From the IMG/VR virus record IMGVR_UViG_3300020471_000623, positions 18,085 to 82,084 of that record: 64,000 bases of DNA; one strand, written 5' to 3'. The notes under the pieces were generated by a model that saw only the letters and a program-made list of their open reading frames with translations, was not told where the DNA came from and did not search any database. Made by a program: the position numbers and the translations under genes. This DNA is from a virus. Position 1 is the first letter of the stretch; each line of letters starts with the position of its first letter. This document shows positions 45,665-55,718 of this stretch, in pieces.

Positions 45665-47206
45665 ATGGAAATTGCAGAAAGTTTAGAATACTTACTAGAG
45701 TTAGATCAACAACAACAAAGGTTGAACACGCTCATAAGACAAGGCATGTTGCCTGCTAGACAATTACCTATACTACACAGAGCTTTAGCAAACATGAGAG
45801 CAGGTAAACTATTACCACCTTATGAAAGAGAAGCCCTAAGTAAGTTACTAGATAAAATGATGGGATTTCAATTAGGAGATGACATCACATACAATAGAGC
45901 AAGACTTCATACTCAGAAAACAAAATATCAAACCGAGGAGAAAAACATGGCTAAAGATAAAGACGGTGATGTAGTCGTTTACGATGGCTCCGAGGATGAG
46001 GCTGAAGCTAAAAAGAAAAATGGCAAAGGTAAAATCCTCAAGTCTAACAAAGGCGATGGCATGAAACCAGATGAAGATGTTCGTGAAGAAGCTATTGCTA
46101 GTAGACCTGCAGACGAAGGTCAACCTGAAGGAGATCTAAACATGAAACCTAAACAAGGTGGAAGTGAAGACCCTGAAGTTGGTGAGGCTTGTGGTAAACA
46201 AACTAGCAGACCTGAAGACGGAAGTGAAGAAGTTCATAAGAAACCAGATATAAAAGAAGGTTTAATATCAGATTTAGATGCTGAAGGACTTAGAGCAAGA
46301 GATTCAAGACGTTTTAAAAGAGCAGGTAAAAGAGCTAAAGACGAGATATTGAAAGGTATGCCTGCTTCTTTAAGAAAAGAAAAATTAAAGGACGAAAGGA
46401 AATTACCAGACAACTTACAAAAGTTCAATGAACTTTATAAGAAAAATTTAGAAACAGCTCTATCTAATAGAGGTGTTGACAACGTCAGAGACTTACCAGA
46501 ACAATTAAAAGACAAAATGTTCCAGAAAGTAGATGAAGCATCTTACTCAGGCAAACAAATTAAAATGGCCAAGGGTATAGCTTTTGACAAACGTTACAAA
46601 GGTGGCAACATGACAGGCGCTGCTAAACAAATGGAAAAGATTAAGAAAGGACTTTCAGATCATCCAGAAGTTAGTGATGCCTTAAGACGTGCCAACGAAG
46701 AAGTAGTTACAGAAAAAATGGCTACAAAAGATCACGATGGCGATGGTAAAATAGAATCAGGTAAAGATGAATACTTTGGTTCTAGAGACAAAGCTATTAA
46801 GAAAGCAATGGCAAAAAGAGGTAAGAAATTACAAGACTCTGTCATTGACGTTATGTTAGGTAGGGAAGAACTTCCTGAAGGCGCTAAAGAAGACGCTATG
46901 AGGGATATGAGGAGTGATAAAGATTTAGCACCTCCTAAAAAACCTGCACCTAAACCTGGAAAGTCAAAACATGACGGTTCAGAGAATAAAGGACCTGCAC
47001 ATATAGTTTCTCAATTAAGAAGCGTATTAGATCAAGGTGATAAACACGCAGGAGTCAAATTCCAAGACGGTAAAACAGGAAAGGTGTCTGTTAAGGATGC
47101 TCATAGATTTTTAAATAAATATATGAGTGGAAAGCCAGCAGACAAATTGAAGATGCAAGCACATGGACATGCATCTCATGATAATTTTAAAACACATTTA
47201 GACTAA
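45665..47206 (+). CDS. Modular probable virion-internal protein
   Basis: Late promoter TATAAATA at 45639-45646; modules QIKMAKGIAFDKRYKGGNM, DHDGDGKIESGKDEY, HIVSQLR..VKFQDG. Confidence 0.75.
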   Translation: MEIAESLEYLLELDQQQQRLNTLIRQGMLPARQLPILHRALANMRAGKLLPPYEREALSKLLDKMMGFQLGDDITYNRARLHTQKTKYQTEEKNMAKDKDGDVVVYDGSEDEAEAKKKNGKGKILKSNKGDGMKPDEDVREEAIASRPADEGQPEGDLNMKPKQGGSEDPEVGEACGKQTSRPEDGSEEVHKKPDIKEGLISDLDAEGLRARDSRRFKRAGKRAKDEILKGMPASLRKEKLKDERKLPDNLQKFNELYKKNLETALSNRGVDNVRDLPEQLKDKMFQKVDEASYSGKQIKMAKGIAFDKRYKGGNMTGAAKQMEKIKKGLSDHPEVSDALRRANEEVVTEKMATKDHDGDGKIESGKDEYFGSRDKAIKKAMAKRGKKLQDSVIDVMLGREELPEGAKEDAMRDMRSDKDLAPPKKPAPKPGKSKHDGSENKGPAHIVSQLRSVLDQGDKHAGVKFQDGKTGKVSVKDAHRFLNKYMSGKPADKLKMQAHGHASHDNFKTHLD

Positions 47207-47216
47207 GGAGAAGAAT

Positions 47217-47807
47217 ATGTCAGGATGGGGAGCAACAGACTCAGACGAGAGTAAACCAAAGTATCTCACAGCAGATCAAAAAGAAGATGTATTTGCTAAC
47301 TCTTCAGGTTGGGTAGTCAAACCAGGTTCAACTATGACAGGTAACGGTAACACAAATGCTAAACCTGAAGTATTAGTAGCCCTTGGTTCACTAGCTACAA
47401 ACCTAGGACAAGCAACAATCGACGCAGTTGATTGGGAAAGCACATCTTTTGATGTATCAGCAGGTGGAAGCTTAATAGTTAATGTTCACTATAACGAAAA
47501 AGTTACAGTAGCAACAGCAGCACCATTAATGGTTGTGACAAACTCACAAGCAGGTGGTGGTTCAGCAGCAAACTTTACACTAACAATGGATGGAACTTTA
47601 CCTGTAAATTCAGATAAACTTACATTCTCAGCAAGTGTTGGTGCAGCAGCAGGAACAATAGCAGCTGGTGATGTTCTTTCAATAGGAGCACAAACAGTTG
47701 ACCTTAACGGTGGCACAATAGTTGACACAATCGGCGGTGGTAATGCAGAGAGAGCAATCTCAGCAGCACAAGGCACAGCTGGTGGAACTATAACAGCAGT
47801 CGCATAA
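47217..47807 (+). CDS. Virion structural protein (Ala/Gly/Thr-rich, Ig-like)
   Basis: MSGWG..ESKPKYL, EVLVA, V.YNEKVTV beta-rich domain; SD AAGGAG. Confidence 0.65.
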   Translation: MSGWGATDSDESKPKYLTADQKEDVFANSSGWVVKPGSTMTGNGNTNAKPEVLVALGSLATNLGQATIDAVDWESTSFDVSAGGSLIVNVHYNEKVTVATAAPLMVVTNSQAGGGSAANFTLTMDGTLPVNSDKLTFSASVGAAAGTIAAGDVLSIGAQTVDLNGGTIVDTIGGGNAERAISAAQGTAGGTITAVA

Positions 47808-47817
47808 GGAGTAACAA

Positions 47818-48264
47818 ATGGCAGACAGTAAAGTTTCAGAAATGACAGCGGCTACAGCAGCCGCTGCTGCCGACAAGATGTATTTGGTTCAGGGTAGTAA
47901 CTCTAAATCAGTTACAAACGCAGTCTTGTTTGGAAACATTGCAACACCAGCAGCATTTAATGATAAACTATGTATAGGAGATCATGATCAAATGACAGCA
48001 GTTGGTGCTGTTTCGTTAGATACTAACGTTACGTTTCTTTACAATTTTAGTGGTGCTGGTAATTTATCACTAGCAGCTGGCGTAGACGGCCAGATCAAGA
48101 TTATAATTATGTCTTCCAATAGTGGAGGCCACACAATAACTTTAAACGCAGCTAACATAGCACAGGATATTAGTTGGAGCAGCGTAGGGCATAGTGCTAC
48201 ATTAATGTATGATAGTGGCACAAGTAAGTGGTATTTTATCGGAGGAAGCGCAACAACGGCTTAA
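47818..48264 (+). CDS. Virion structural/fibre-like protein
   Basis: MADSKVSEMTAAT N-terminus; LAAGVDGQIKII, SATLMY...W. Confidence 0.65.
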   Translation: MADSKVSEMTAATAAAAADKMYLVQGSNSKSVTNAVLFGNIATPAAFNDKLCIGDHDQMTAVGAVSLDTNVTFLYNFSGAGNLSLAAGVDGQIKIIIMSSNSGGHTITLNAANIAQDISWSSVGHSATLMYDSGTSKWYFIGGSATTA

Positions 48265-48266
48265 GA

Positions 48267-48662
48267 ATGAATGAATTTGATGAACTTACGGATGACAACT
48301 TTTTAATTTACGCCATAAAAAACTATCAGAATCCCTCATGCACAGGGATGGCAGAATTAGAAGATGACTTGAAACGTTTTAAATACTTGAAGAGGTTACT
48401 TAACAAGTATCAAAAAACAGGAGAGCCTAACGAAAGGTTGATCATTAATCATATTATACTTTTATATAATGTTTTTGGAAGAGCAACGACTAAGATGTTG
48501 TTCTTCAAACTAGAAGAAAAATACTGGAGTGATTTAAAAACATTCCTAGTATATTTAAACAGGTTACCATTAGAACAAGTATTTTCTAAAAGGTTGCCAA
48601 AGAATATAGAAACAGATGTTCCTATTAATATGGAACTAGCTGATATATTAAGGAAACAATAG
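48267..48662 (+). CDS. Conserved T4-like hypothetical protein
   Basis: ELTDDNF..YAIKNY.NP.C, DLKRFKYLKRL, NHIILLYNVFG. Confidence 0.85.
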   Translation: MNEFDELTDDNFLIYAIKNYQNPSCTGMAELEDDLKRFKYLKRLLNKYQKTGEPNERLIINHIILLYNVFGRATTKMLFFKLEEKYWSDLKTFLVYLNRLPLEQVFSKRLPKNIETDVPINMELADILRKQ

Positions 48663-49232
48663 ATGAGTAGAATAGCAGATACTTTAGTTACATACAGGTT
48701 ATTAAAACTCCTGTCTACTCCTATCAAGAACTCACAAGCATTTCAAATGGGCTTGGTAGACGGTGATGGAAAACAGTTAAGAAAAGCAAACACAACACAA
48801 GAAAAAGAAGCTTATACATTCCTTAATAGATTTGTTTTTAAAATACAGAACGCATTAATGAGATCTTCAGATAGAAATGCTAGAAGGCTCCTATCATTTG
48901 CAGCAGCATTAGCGCTGTTAAGGGAGTATAAAGAAGAAGATGATGAAATTACAGTAGGTGCATTGATGGAAACCTATATGGAAGATGAGGGTGTTCAAAG
49001 ACACGCTAGGTTGTTAGAAGAATATGAAATCCTCAATTTCAGAGAATTTATGATGGACGAAGAAGTAGCAGCTAATGCTGTAGGCGGAGGCGGAGTAGAT
49101 GGTATAGGTGTTGGACCTAAGGGTGAACCAGGTGTAAACACATTAGCCAAATGGCCTTTTCCAGGTATAGGAATGCCAAGTATGTTTAGGAGAAAGGCAG
49201 TTATAAGAAAAAGGAAAAGAAATGCCAGTTAA
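48663..49232 (+). CDS. Conserved T4-like hypothetical (probable virion) protein
   Basis: YRLLKLLSTP..AFQMGLVD.DG, AAALALLRE, EEVAANAVGGG..GEPG. Confidence 0.8.
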   Translation: MSRIADTLVTYRLLKLLSTPIKNSQAFQMGLVDGDGKQLRKANTTQEKEAYTFLNRFVFKIQNALMRSSDRNARRLLSFAAALALLREYKEEDDEITVGALMETYMEDEGVQRHARLLEEYEILNFREFMMDEEVAANAVGGGGVDGIGVGPKGEPGVNTLAKWPFPGIGMPSMFRRKAVIRKRKRNAS

Positions 49233-49683
49233 ATCGCAGACGGCTAGTGGCAGAGAAATTGCTACAGTTAAAACTGATGTTGCTGCACTTGGTCATATGT
49301 TGACTAAAGTAGAGCAAGCAATAGGTAAAATTTCCGAGACACACCAGGAAATGGGCAAAATACTTGCTGTTCACGAGGAACGTCTCGATAGCCAAGAGAA
49401 AGAAAGAATGCAGAGAAGAAAAGAATCAGATGATGCAGTAAAGGAACTACATTCGAGAATCTCTACGGGCTCACGTGAAACACAAGCGCATATCAGCAAA
49501 TCTGAAGAAAAGATCCTAAATACAATAGAAGCCCTTAGACAAGAGATTAATAAAGAACAGGACCATATGGAAGAACGTATAAGAAAACTCGAACAATGGA
49601 GATGGATTCTTATAGGTATTCTGGTAGCTGTTAGTGCTCTCTTCCCAAATATAGGGAAGATTGTTTCTATGCTAGGAAGCTAG
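49222..49683 (+). CDS. Coiled-coil protein with C-terminal TM (holin/XhlA-like)
   Basis: LAVHEERL, RIRKLEQWRWILIG plus TM. Confidence 0.65.
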   Translation: MPVKSQTASGREIATVKTDVAALGHMLTKVEQAIGKISETHQEMGKILAVHEERLDSQEKERMQRRKESDDAVKELHSRISTGSRETQAHISKSEEKILNTIEALRQEINKEQDHMEERIRKLEQWRWILIGILVAVSALFPNIGKIVSMLGS

Positions 49684-49707
49684 CACACCAATTGGTAAAA
49701 TAACACC

Positions 49708-49736
49708 TTGATTCCTACTTAGGAATTTCGTATAAT
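49708..49736 (+). promoter_or_regulatory. Sigma70-type promoter for primase
   Basis: TTGATT-17 nt-TATAAT; palindrome ACCAATTGGT at 49687-49696. Confidence 0.7.
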
Positions 49737-49737
49737 A

Positions 49738-50778
49738 TTGACTATGTTACATATAGATTTGAAATATATTAATATGATCTCGCACAGGCTAGATCGTTTT
49801 AAACGTAAGGATGATTATCTATTTAACTTCCGTTGCCCTATCTGTGGCGACAGCCAGACCAAAAAGAACAAGGCTCGAGGATACATTTACAAGAAAAAGA
49901 ACGATATGTTCTACAAGTGCCATAACTGTGGTGCTGGGACGACTTTTGGTGGATTGTTAAAGATAGTTGATTCTCTTCTTTATCCTCAATATGTAATGGA
50001 GAGATATTCAGAAGGTGTAGCAGGTCCTCGAGCCAACAAAGAACCAGATTTTAAATTTGAACAACCTGATTTTTCTGGCGTAAAGACTTCCAGACTTATA
50101 GACAACATTATGGATAGAGTTGATAAGTTGCATGAACAATGTGAACTTAATGATTCTAATCATATTGCTGTAGATTATTGTAAGAAGAGGAAGATTCCTA
50201 AAGAAAAATGGGATAGGCTATATCATATAGAAGACATCTCAAAGATACATCAGTTAGCTCCTAAATACAAAGATAGGATTAAAACTACAGAGCCTCGTCT
50301 TGCTATCCCATTTTTCGACAGGGAGGGTAAGATGACTGCTATTAGTTTAAGAGACTATGGCAACAATCCTTTGAAGTATATATTGGTAAAGATGAATGAG
50401 AATTCTTCTACAATTTATGGCTTAGATGTTATAAATTATAATGAGCCTGTAAAAATTGTAGAGGGTCCTTTGGATAGTTTATTTTTGGACAATGCAATAG
50501 CTTGTGCAGGAACATCTTTTAACAAAATAGAGTCATTGAACTTACCTGAAGACAGAGTAATTATAGTGGATAACCAACCTAAAAATAAAGAAGTATGTAA
50601 CATTATCCACAACTTAATTAAGGCTGGAGAGAAGGTTGTTATTTGGCCTGAAGATGTAGAACAGAAAGATATTAATGATATGATACTTGGCGGTGTCGAC
50701 GTTGAGAATCTTATAAGTAATAATGTCTTTCATAAATTAGAAGCTGAACTTCGGTTCACAAATTGGAGAAAGTGTTAA
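49738..50778 (+). CDS. gp61: DNA primase (T4 gp61; probable start 49744)
   Basis: FRCPICGDS..CHNC zinc finger, TOPRIM VEGPLDSLF, DNQP, KDIND. Confidence 0.95.
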   Translation: MTMLHIDLKYINMISHRLDRFKRKDDYLFNFRCPICGDSQTKKNKARGYIYKKKNDMFYKCHNCGAGTTFGGLLKIVDSLLYPQYVMERYSEGVAGPRANKEPDFKFEQPDFSGVKTSRLIDNIMDRVDKLHEQCELNDSNHIAVDYCKKRKIPKEKWDRLYHIEDISKIHQLAPKYKDRIKTTEPRLAIPFFDREGKMTAISLRDYGNNPLKYILVKMNENSSTIYGLDVINYNEPVKIVEGPLDSLFLDNAIACAGTSFNKIESLNLPEDRVIIVDNQPKNKEVCNIIHNLIKAGEKVVIWPEDVEQKDINDMILGGVDVENLISNNVFHKLEAELRFTNWRKC

Positions 50779-51431
50779 TGAAAGTCGAATTGATTGGCTT
50801 AACCAAGCCATCAGCATCCACAGGATGTAATACAGCAGATGAGTTGGTAGCTTACACAGCTAGAGTTAGTAACCCTACTAATCAAAATAACAACAAAACT
50901 GCCCCTAAATTATTAAAATATTTAATTAAGAATGAACATTGGAGCCCTTTTGAGATGGTTTCTGTTCAGATGTCAATTACAACTACTAGAGATATATCTA
51001 GACAGATTATAAGGCATCGTAGTTTTAGTTTTCAGGAATTTAGCCAAAGGTATGCTGAGGCACCTGAACAAATTTACACAAGAGAGGCAAGGTTGCAAGA
51101 TCCTGATAACAGACAAAATAGTATTTCTAGTGATGATGTAGCTCAAGCACTTAGGTTTCGTAAACTACAAGAAAAAGTAGGTATGGAGGCCAGAACAGCA
51201 TACAACAAAGCCCTATCAGATGGAATAGCAAAAGAACAGGCAAGAGCTTTATTGCCTGAGGGCTTAACTGAAACGACATTATTGATGTCAGGAAGTTTAA
51301 GGAGTTGGATTCATTACTGTGATCTAAGAATGGGTAATGGGACACAAAAAGAACACGCAGAAATAGCTCAGATGTGTTGGAGCATTATATCACAACACTT
51401 CCCATCTGTAGCAGCAGCAATGGAACAGTAA
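50778..51431 (+). CDS. thyX: Flavin-dependent thymidylate synthase
   Basis: HWSPFE, RHRSFSFQEFSQRY, EQARALLP, TQKEH. Confidence 0.96.
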   Translation: MKVELIGLTKPSASTGCNTADELVAYTARVSNPTNQNNNKTAPKLLKYLIKNEHWSPFEMVSVQMSITTTRDISRQIIRHRSFSFQEFSQRYAEAPEQIYTREARLQDPDNRQNSISSDDVAQALRFRKLQEKVGMEARTAYNKALSDGIAKEQARALLPEGLTETTLLMSGSLRSWIHYCDLRMGNGTQKEHAEIAQMCWSIISQHFPSVAAAMEQ

Positions 51432-53228
51432 ATGCCAAGAACAGAATACAAAGGAATACAGATAGACTATGACAGGGACAAATTATTTGACTCCCTAGGA
51501 TTACAGAGATTGAAAGAAAGTTATATGAAAGAGGAGGAAACTTCTCCTCAAGAAAGATTTGCCTTTGTATCAGCAACATTTGGTTCTAATCCAGAACATG
51601 CACAACGATTATATGAATATGCTAGTAAACATTGGCTATCCTATTCTACACCTATTCTTTCATTTGGAAGAAGTAAAAAGGGTATGCCTATTTCATGTTT
51701 TTTAAATTACATTAATGATACGGCGGAGGGTTTAGTTGAAAACTTATCTGAAACAAACTGGCTTAGCATGCTTGGTGGTGGTGTCGGTATTGGCTTTGGT
51801 ATCAGGTCATCTGATGATAAGTCTACTGGTGTTATGCCTCACCTTAAGACTTATGATTCATCCTGTCTCGCATATAGACAGGGTCGCACTAGAAGGGGCT
51901 CTTATGCTACTTATCTTGACATCTCTCATCCAGATGTCCTCATGTTTTTAGAAATGAGAAAACCTACGGGTGACCCTAATATGAGATGTCTTAATCTACA
52001 TCACGGTATAAACATTACAGATAGTTTTATGCAGATTATAGAGAGATGTATGCAAGACCCTAGTGCTGATGATGGTTGGAATTTAGTTGACCCTAACTCA
52101 GGACTAATTAAAGAAACTGTATCTGCTAAAGAACTATGGCAAAAGATATTAGAACTAAGAATGGAAACAGGCGAACCTTATATTCATTATATTGATACAA
52201 GCAATAGGGATATGCCAGAGTTCCAGAAAGAATTAGGCTTAAGAATAAACCAGAGTAACTTATGTTCTGAGATTATATTGCCTACAAACGAACAACGAAC
52301 AGCAGTATGCTGTTTATCCTCTGTAAATTTAGAAAATTACGGAGCGTGGGTTCGAGACCCACAATTTTTAAGAGACGTGGCAGAAATGTTAGATAATGTT
52401 CTAACATTCTTTATTGACAATGCTCCTGATGAAGTTGGTAGAGCTAAATTTTCTGCTATGAGAGAAAGGAGTATAGGTGTTGGTGCTTTAGGTTTTCATG
52501 CTTACCTGCAAAAGAACGGTATTGCCTGGGAAACACCTGAAGCCAAAGGTGCTAACTTGAGATTATTTAGACATATAAGGAGCAAGTTAGATGAAGCTAA
52601 CAAAGAACTCGGAAAGGAACGAGGCGAAGCGCCAGATGCTAAAGGACGAGGGTTACGTTTTAGCCATGTTATGGCTGTCGCTCCCAATGCTTCTAGTAGT
52701 ATTATCATGGGGAACACCTCGCCATCTATTGAACCGTTTAGAGCTAATGCTTACAGACAGGACACATTATCCGGCGCCTTTCTTAATAAAAACAAGTATC
52801 TTGATGAGATCATTAAGAAGTATTGCGAAGAACATCCGAGAACAAATTACGACGAGGTTTGGTCCTCGATCATAAGTAATGATGGTAGTGTTCAGCATCT
52901 TACACAATTAACAGAAGAACAAAAGAACATATTTAAAACATCTATGGAAATAGATCAAAGGTGGTTGATAGAACACGCAGCAGATAGGCAGGAGTTTATA
53001 GATCAAGCACAAAGTTTAAACTTATTTTTTAGACCTGATACAAACATAGCATATTTACATGCTGTTCATTTCCTAGCATGGAAGTCAGGTGTTAAAACAT
53101 TATATTATTGTCGTTCAGAGAAGTTAGGTAAAGCAGATAAAGTATCTAAAAGAATTGAACGAGAGATTATACAAGAACTAGATATGAAGGAGATTGCAGA
53201 CGGAGAATGTCTAGCATGCGAAGGTTAA
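51432..53228 (+). CDS. nrdA: Class I ribonucleotide reductase alpha subunit (no ATP cone)
   Basis: ISCF, SNLCSEI, VCCLSS, APNASSS, DQAQS.NL, KTLYY, C-terminal CLACEG. Confidence 0.96.
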   Translation: MPRTEYKGIQIDYDRDKLFDSLGLQRLKESYMKEEETSPQERFAFVSATFGSNPEHAQRLYEYASKHWLSYSTPILSFGRSKKGMPISCFLNYINDTAEGLVENLSETNWLSMLGGGVGIGFGIRSSDDKSTGVMPHLKTYDSSCLAYRQGRTRRGSYATYLDISHPDVLMFLEMRKPTGDPNMRCLNLHHGINITDSFMQIIERCMQDPSADDGWNLVDPNSGLIKETVSAKELWQKILELRMETGEPYIHYIDTSNRDMPEFQKELGLRINQSNLCSEIILPTNEQRTAVCCLSSVNLENYGAWVRDPQFLRDVAEMLDNVLTFFIDNAPDEVGRAKFSAMRERSIGVGALGFHAYLQKNGIAWETPEAKGANLRLFRHIRSKLDEANKELGKERGEAPDAKGRGLRFSHVMAVAPNASSSIIMGNTSPSIEPFRANAYRQDTLSGAFLNKNKYLDEIIKKYCEEHPRTNYDEVWSSIISNDGSVQHLTQLTEEQKNIFKTSMEIDQRWLIEHAADRQEFIDQAQSLNLFFRPDTNIAYLHAVHFLAWKSGVKTLYYCRSEKLGKADKVSKRIEREIIQELDMKEIADGECLACEG

Positions 53229-53317
53229 TGGCACAACCACAGGCACAACAACGTCCTATCTGTCCTAAGCTCGAGGCTATTAAGAAGCAACAGCAGCAGG
53301 ATAGAAGGAATGGATAA
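53228..53317 (+). CDS. 29-aa Gln-rich micro-ORF (not in ORF track)
   Basis: TAATG overlap with the nrdA stop; MAQPQAQQRPICPKLEAIKKQQQQDRRNG; fills the gap exactly. Confidence 0.5.
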   Translation: MAQPQAQQRPICPKLEAIKKQQQQDRRNG

Positions 53318-53999
53318 TACAGATATTGCAAATTTTCTGATAACTGCCAATAAAGGTATATCAGATAAACAAACGATAGGTGTCGTTGTCTCTGGTGGTT
53401 TTGATAGTTCTTTGCTATGGTATTTTATTAATGAATATAAAAGGCCTGACCAAAAGGTTATTCCTTTTACAGTTCCAAAAGTAGATGGAGCACTAACATA
53501 CGCTAATAGAATGTTAGAATGGTATAGCAAATTAAAGAACACAAAGAGATTGCATCCTATTGTTATAAATCAAGAGGGTGTTGATTGGAATAGGAACGAT
53601 TATCAAGGAGATGAAGTTGCACAACAACTTCTAAATGGAATTAAGGAAATAGTAGATAACAATATGGCAGATGTAGTATTCACAGGTGTAAATGATTATC
53701 CACCACACTACAGAACATTATGTTCTTATCATACTCCTGCTCCTAGAAAGAAAGTTAGTGAAAGTGATTATGTTCACAACGGAGTTCCAATACAAGAAAT
53801 AATCAAACAACCTTTTGCTGATTATACAAAAGACTTTTTAGTAAGATTAGCATGGGAATTAGGAATATTAGATGACGTAGCAGAGTTTTCTCATAGCTGC
53901 GTTGAAAAAATTAGAGGCAGATGCAACGAATGTTTTTGGTGTAATGAAAGATCATGGGCATTCCAGGAGGCTGACTTATCAGACATAGGAAAAGAATAG
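53310..53999 (+). CDS. QueC-like PP-loop ATPase
   Basis: VSGGFDS PP-loop, PF...K, HSC..RCNECFWCNER zinc motif. Confidence 0.75.
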   Translation: MDNTDIANFLITANKGISDKQTIGVVVSGGFDSSLLWYFINEYKRPDQKVIPFTVPKVDGALTYANRMLEWYSKLKNTKRLHPIVINQEGVDWNRNDYQGDEVAQQLLNGIKEIVDNNMADVVFTGVNDYPPHYRTLCSYHTPAPRKKVSESDYVHNGVPIQEIIKQPFADYTKDFLVRLAWELGILDDVAEFSHSCVEKIRGRCNECFWCNERSWAFQEADLSDIGKE

Positions 54000-54994
54000 T
54001 GGCAACAAAGAAAAAATTAACAGACGAAAGGGATTATTTTAAACCGTTTAATTATCCTTGGGCGTATGAAGCATGGTTGAAACATGAACAATCACATTGG
54101 CTACATACAGAAGTCCCAATGGCAGAAGATGTAAAGGATTGGAAAGATAAATTATCTGACCCTGAGAAGGCATTCCTTACAAACATATTTAGATTTTTTG
54201 TGCAGGGAGATATTGATGTAGCAGGAGGTTATGTAAATAACTATCTGCCTTACTTCCCACAACCAGAAGTTCGTATGATGTTGTCGGGGTTTGCAGCTAG
54301 AGAGGCATTGCATGTCGCTGCCTATGCACACTTAATCGAGACTTTAGGTATGCCTGAATCTACATACAGTGAGTTCTTAGAGTATCAGACAATGGTAGAA
54401 AAACATGAATACTTTATGAAACTATCAGGACAAAACGGAACACCTGAATCTGTAGCTGCTAATATTGCAGCGTTCTCAGCATTTACAGAAGGCATGCAGT
54501 TATTCAGTTCATTTATTATGTTATTGAACTTCCCTCGTCATGGTAAGATGAAAGGCATGGGACAAATTATTACATGGTCTATTGTAGATGAAACAATGCA
54601 CGCAGAGTCTATGATACAATTATTTAAAACTTATGTAAAAGAAAATAGAGCCTTATGGAATGATAAGTTAAAGAAAGAAATTTATGACATAGCAGAAAAG
54701 ATGGTAGAACTAGAAGAAATGTTTATTGATACATGTTTTGCTATGGGAGATATGGAGAACTTAAAACCAGAACAAGTTAAAACATACATTAGATATATTG
54801 CAGATAGAAGGCTTATAAGTATGGGAATGAAAGGTATATTTAAAGTGAAAAGAAATCCTTTATTGTGGGTAGAAGAAATGATTAATGCTCCTACTCATAC
54901 AAACTTCTTTGAAAATAGAGCTACAGATTATGCACGTGGTGCTCTAAAAGGAGATTGGGGAGATGTCTGGGGTGCTGCACAGAATGGCAGATAG
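53999..54994 (+). CDS. nrdB: Ribonucleotide reductase beta subunit
   Basis: FFVQGD, EALHVAAY, EGMQLFSSF, DETMH, NFFE.R.TDY. Confidence 0.96.
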   Translation: MATKKKLTDERDYFKPFNYPWAYEAWLKHEQSHWLHTEVPMAEDVKDWKDKLSDPEKAFLTNIFRFFVQGDIDVAGGYVNNYLPYFPQPEVRMMLSGFAAREALHVAAYAHLIETLGMPESTYSEFLEYQTMVEKHEYFMKLSGQNGTPESVAANIAAFSAFTEGMQLFSSFIMLLNFPRHGKMKGMGQIITWSIVDETMHAESMIQLFKTYVKENRALWNDKLKKEIYDIAEKMVELEEMFIDTCFAMGDMENLKPEQVKTYIRYIADRRLISMGMKGIFKVKRNPLLWVEEMINAPTHTNFFENRATDYARGALKGDWGDVWGAAQNGR

Positions 54995-55166
54995 AATTTA
55001 TTTAGAATGTGAGAAGTGTGAAGGTGTTGCAAGTATAGAACACGATCAAGATCATCACTTCTATAATATTAAATATTGCCCTTTTTGTGGCGAAGAATAC
55101 GAACAAGAAGATGAATTTAAAATGAGTGACCCATATGAAGAAGAATATGAAGCTGGACTTGAATGA
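54984..55166 (+). CDS. Zinc-ribbon protein
   Basis: CEKC...YCPFCG, acidic tail. Confidence 0.7.
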   Translation: MADRIYLECEKCEGVASIEHDQDHHFYNIKYCPFCGEEYEQEDEFKMSDPYEEEYEAGLE

Positions 55167-55476
55167 CATAGGCGGTGAAGTAGTAAAAGATAATGAAACT
55201 TATTTACTAAAAGACAACAAGTTTCTAAATAATCTAGTCTTAAGTAGCACACTACTAAATCCATTTAAACAAACAACAGGACATAACCACTCTGGACAGG
55301 AGGAAGTATATTTCTTTGTAAATGGTAGTGGTAGAATGTTATTAGATGATGAAGAGTTTCCTGTAGAAGCAGGAGATATTGTTCTCATACCTGATGGTGC
55401 TTTTCATAGAGTAATAAACGACACAGCAGAACCATTCTATTTTGTATGTGTATTTGACGGTAAGAGGAGTCATTAA
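55147..55476 (+). CDS. Cupin-domain protein
   Basis: GHNH..QEEVYFFVNG.G, GDIVLIPDGAFHRV.N. Confidence 0.88.
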   Translation: MKLDLNDIGGEVVKDNETYLLKDNKFLNNLVLSSTLLNPFKQTTGHNHSGQEEVYFFVNGSGRMLLDDEEFPVEAGDIVLIPDGAFHRVINDTAEPFYFVCVFDGKRSH

Positions 55477-55718
55477 TGGAAAAACAACTAGAACTTGACT
55501 TTACATCTGAATGTCCAGAAGAAGCTAGAGAGTTAGGAATTAGATGGGAACCTAGAAATGCAACTCCAGAAGAAACAAAAGAATGGATAGACACAGAAAA
55601 TAAATGGTGGGCAGATAGAGCTTTGCATTTCGTTGCAATAGCATCTGTAATACAGTTCGTCATGATGGGGCTAATGTTGTTGTCTTTCTGGGGTATAAAT
55701 AACCTAGTATATGGCTAA
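55476..55718 (+). CDS. Small membrane protein
   Basis: RNATPEE..EW then a C-terminal TM. Confidence 0.6.
   Translation: MEKQLELDFTSECPEEARELGIRWEPRNATPEETKEWIDTENKWWADRALHFVAIASVIQFVMMGLMLLSFWGINNLVYG

Noticed and set aside
24102-54994. Introns or inteins in gp43, gp41, uvsX, thyX, nrdA, nrdB
   Set aside because: All are contiguous and of ordinary length; the nrdA-nrdB insert is intergenic.
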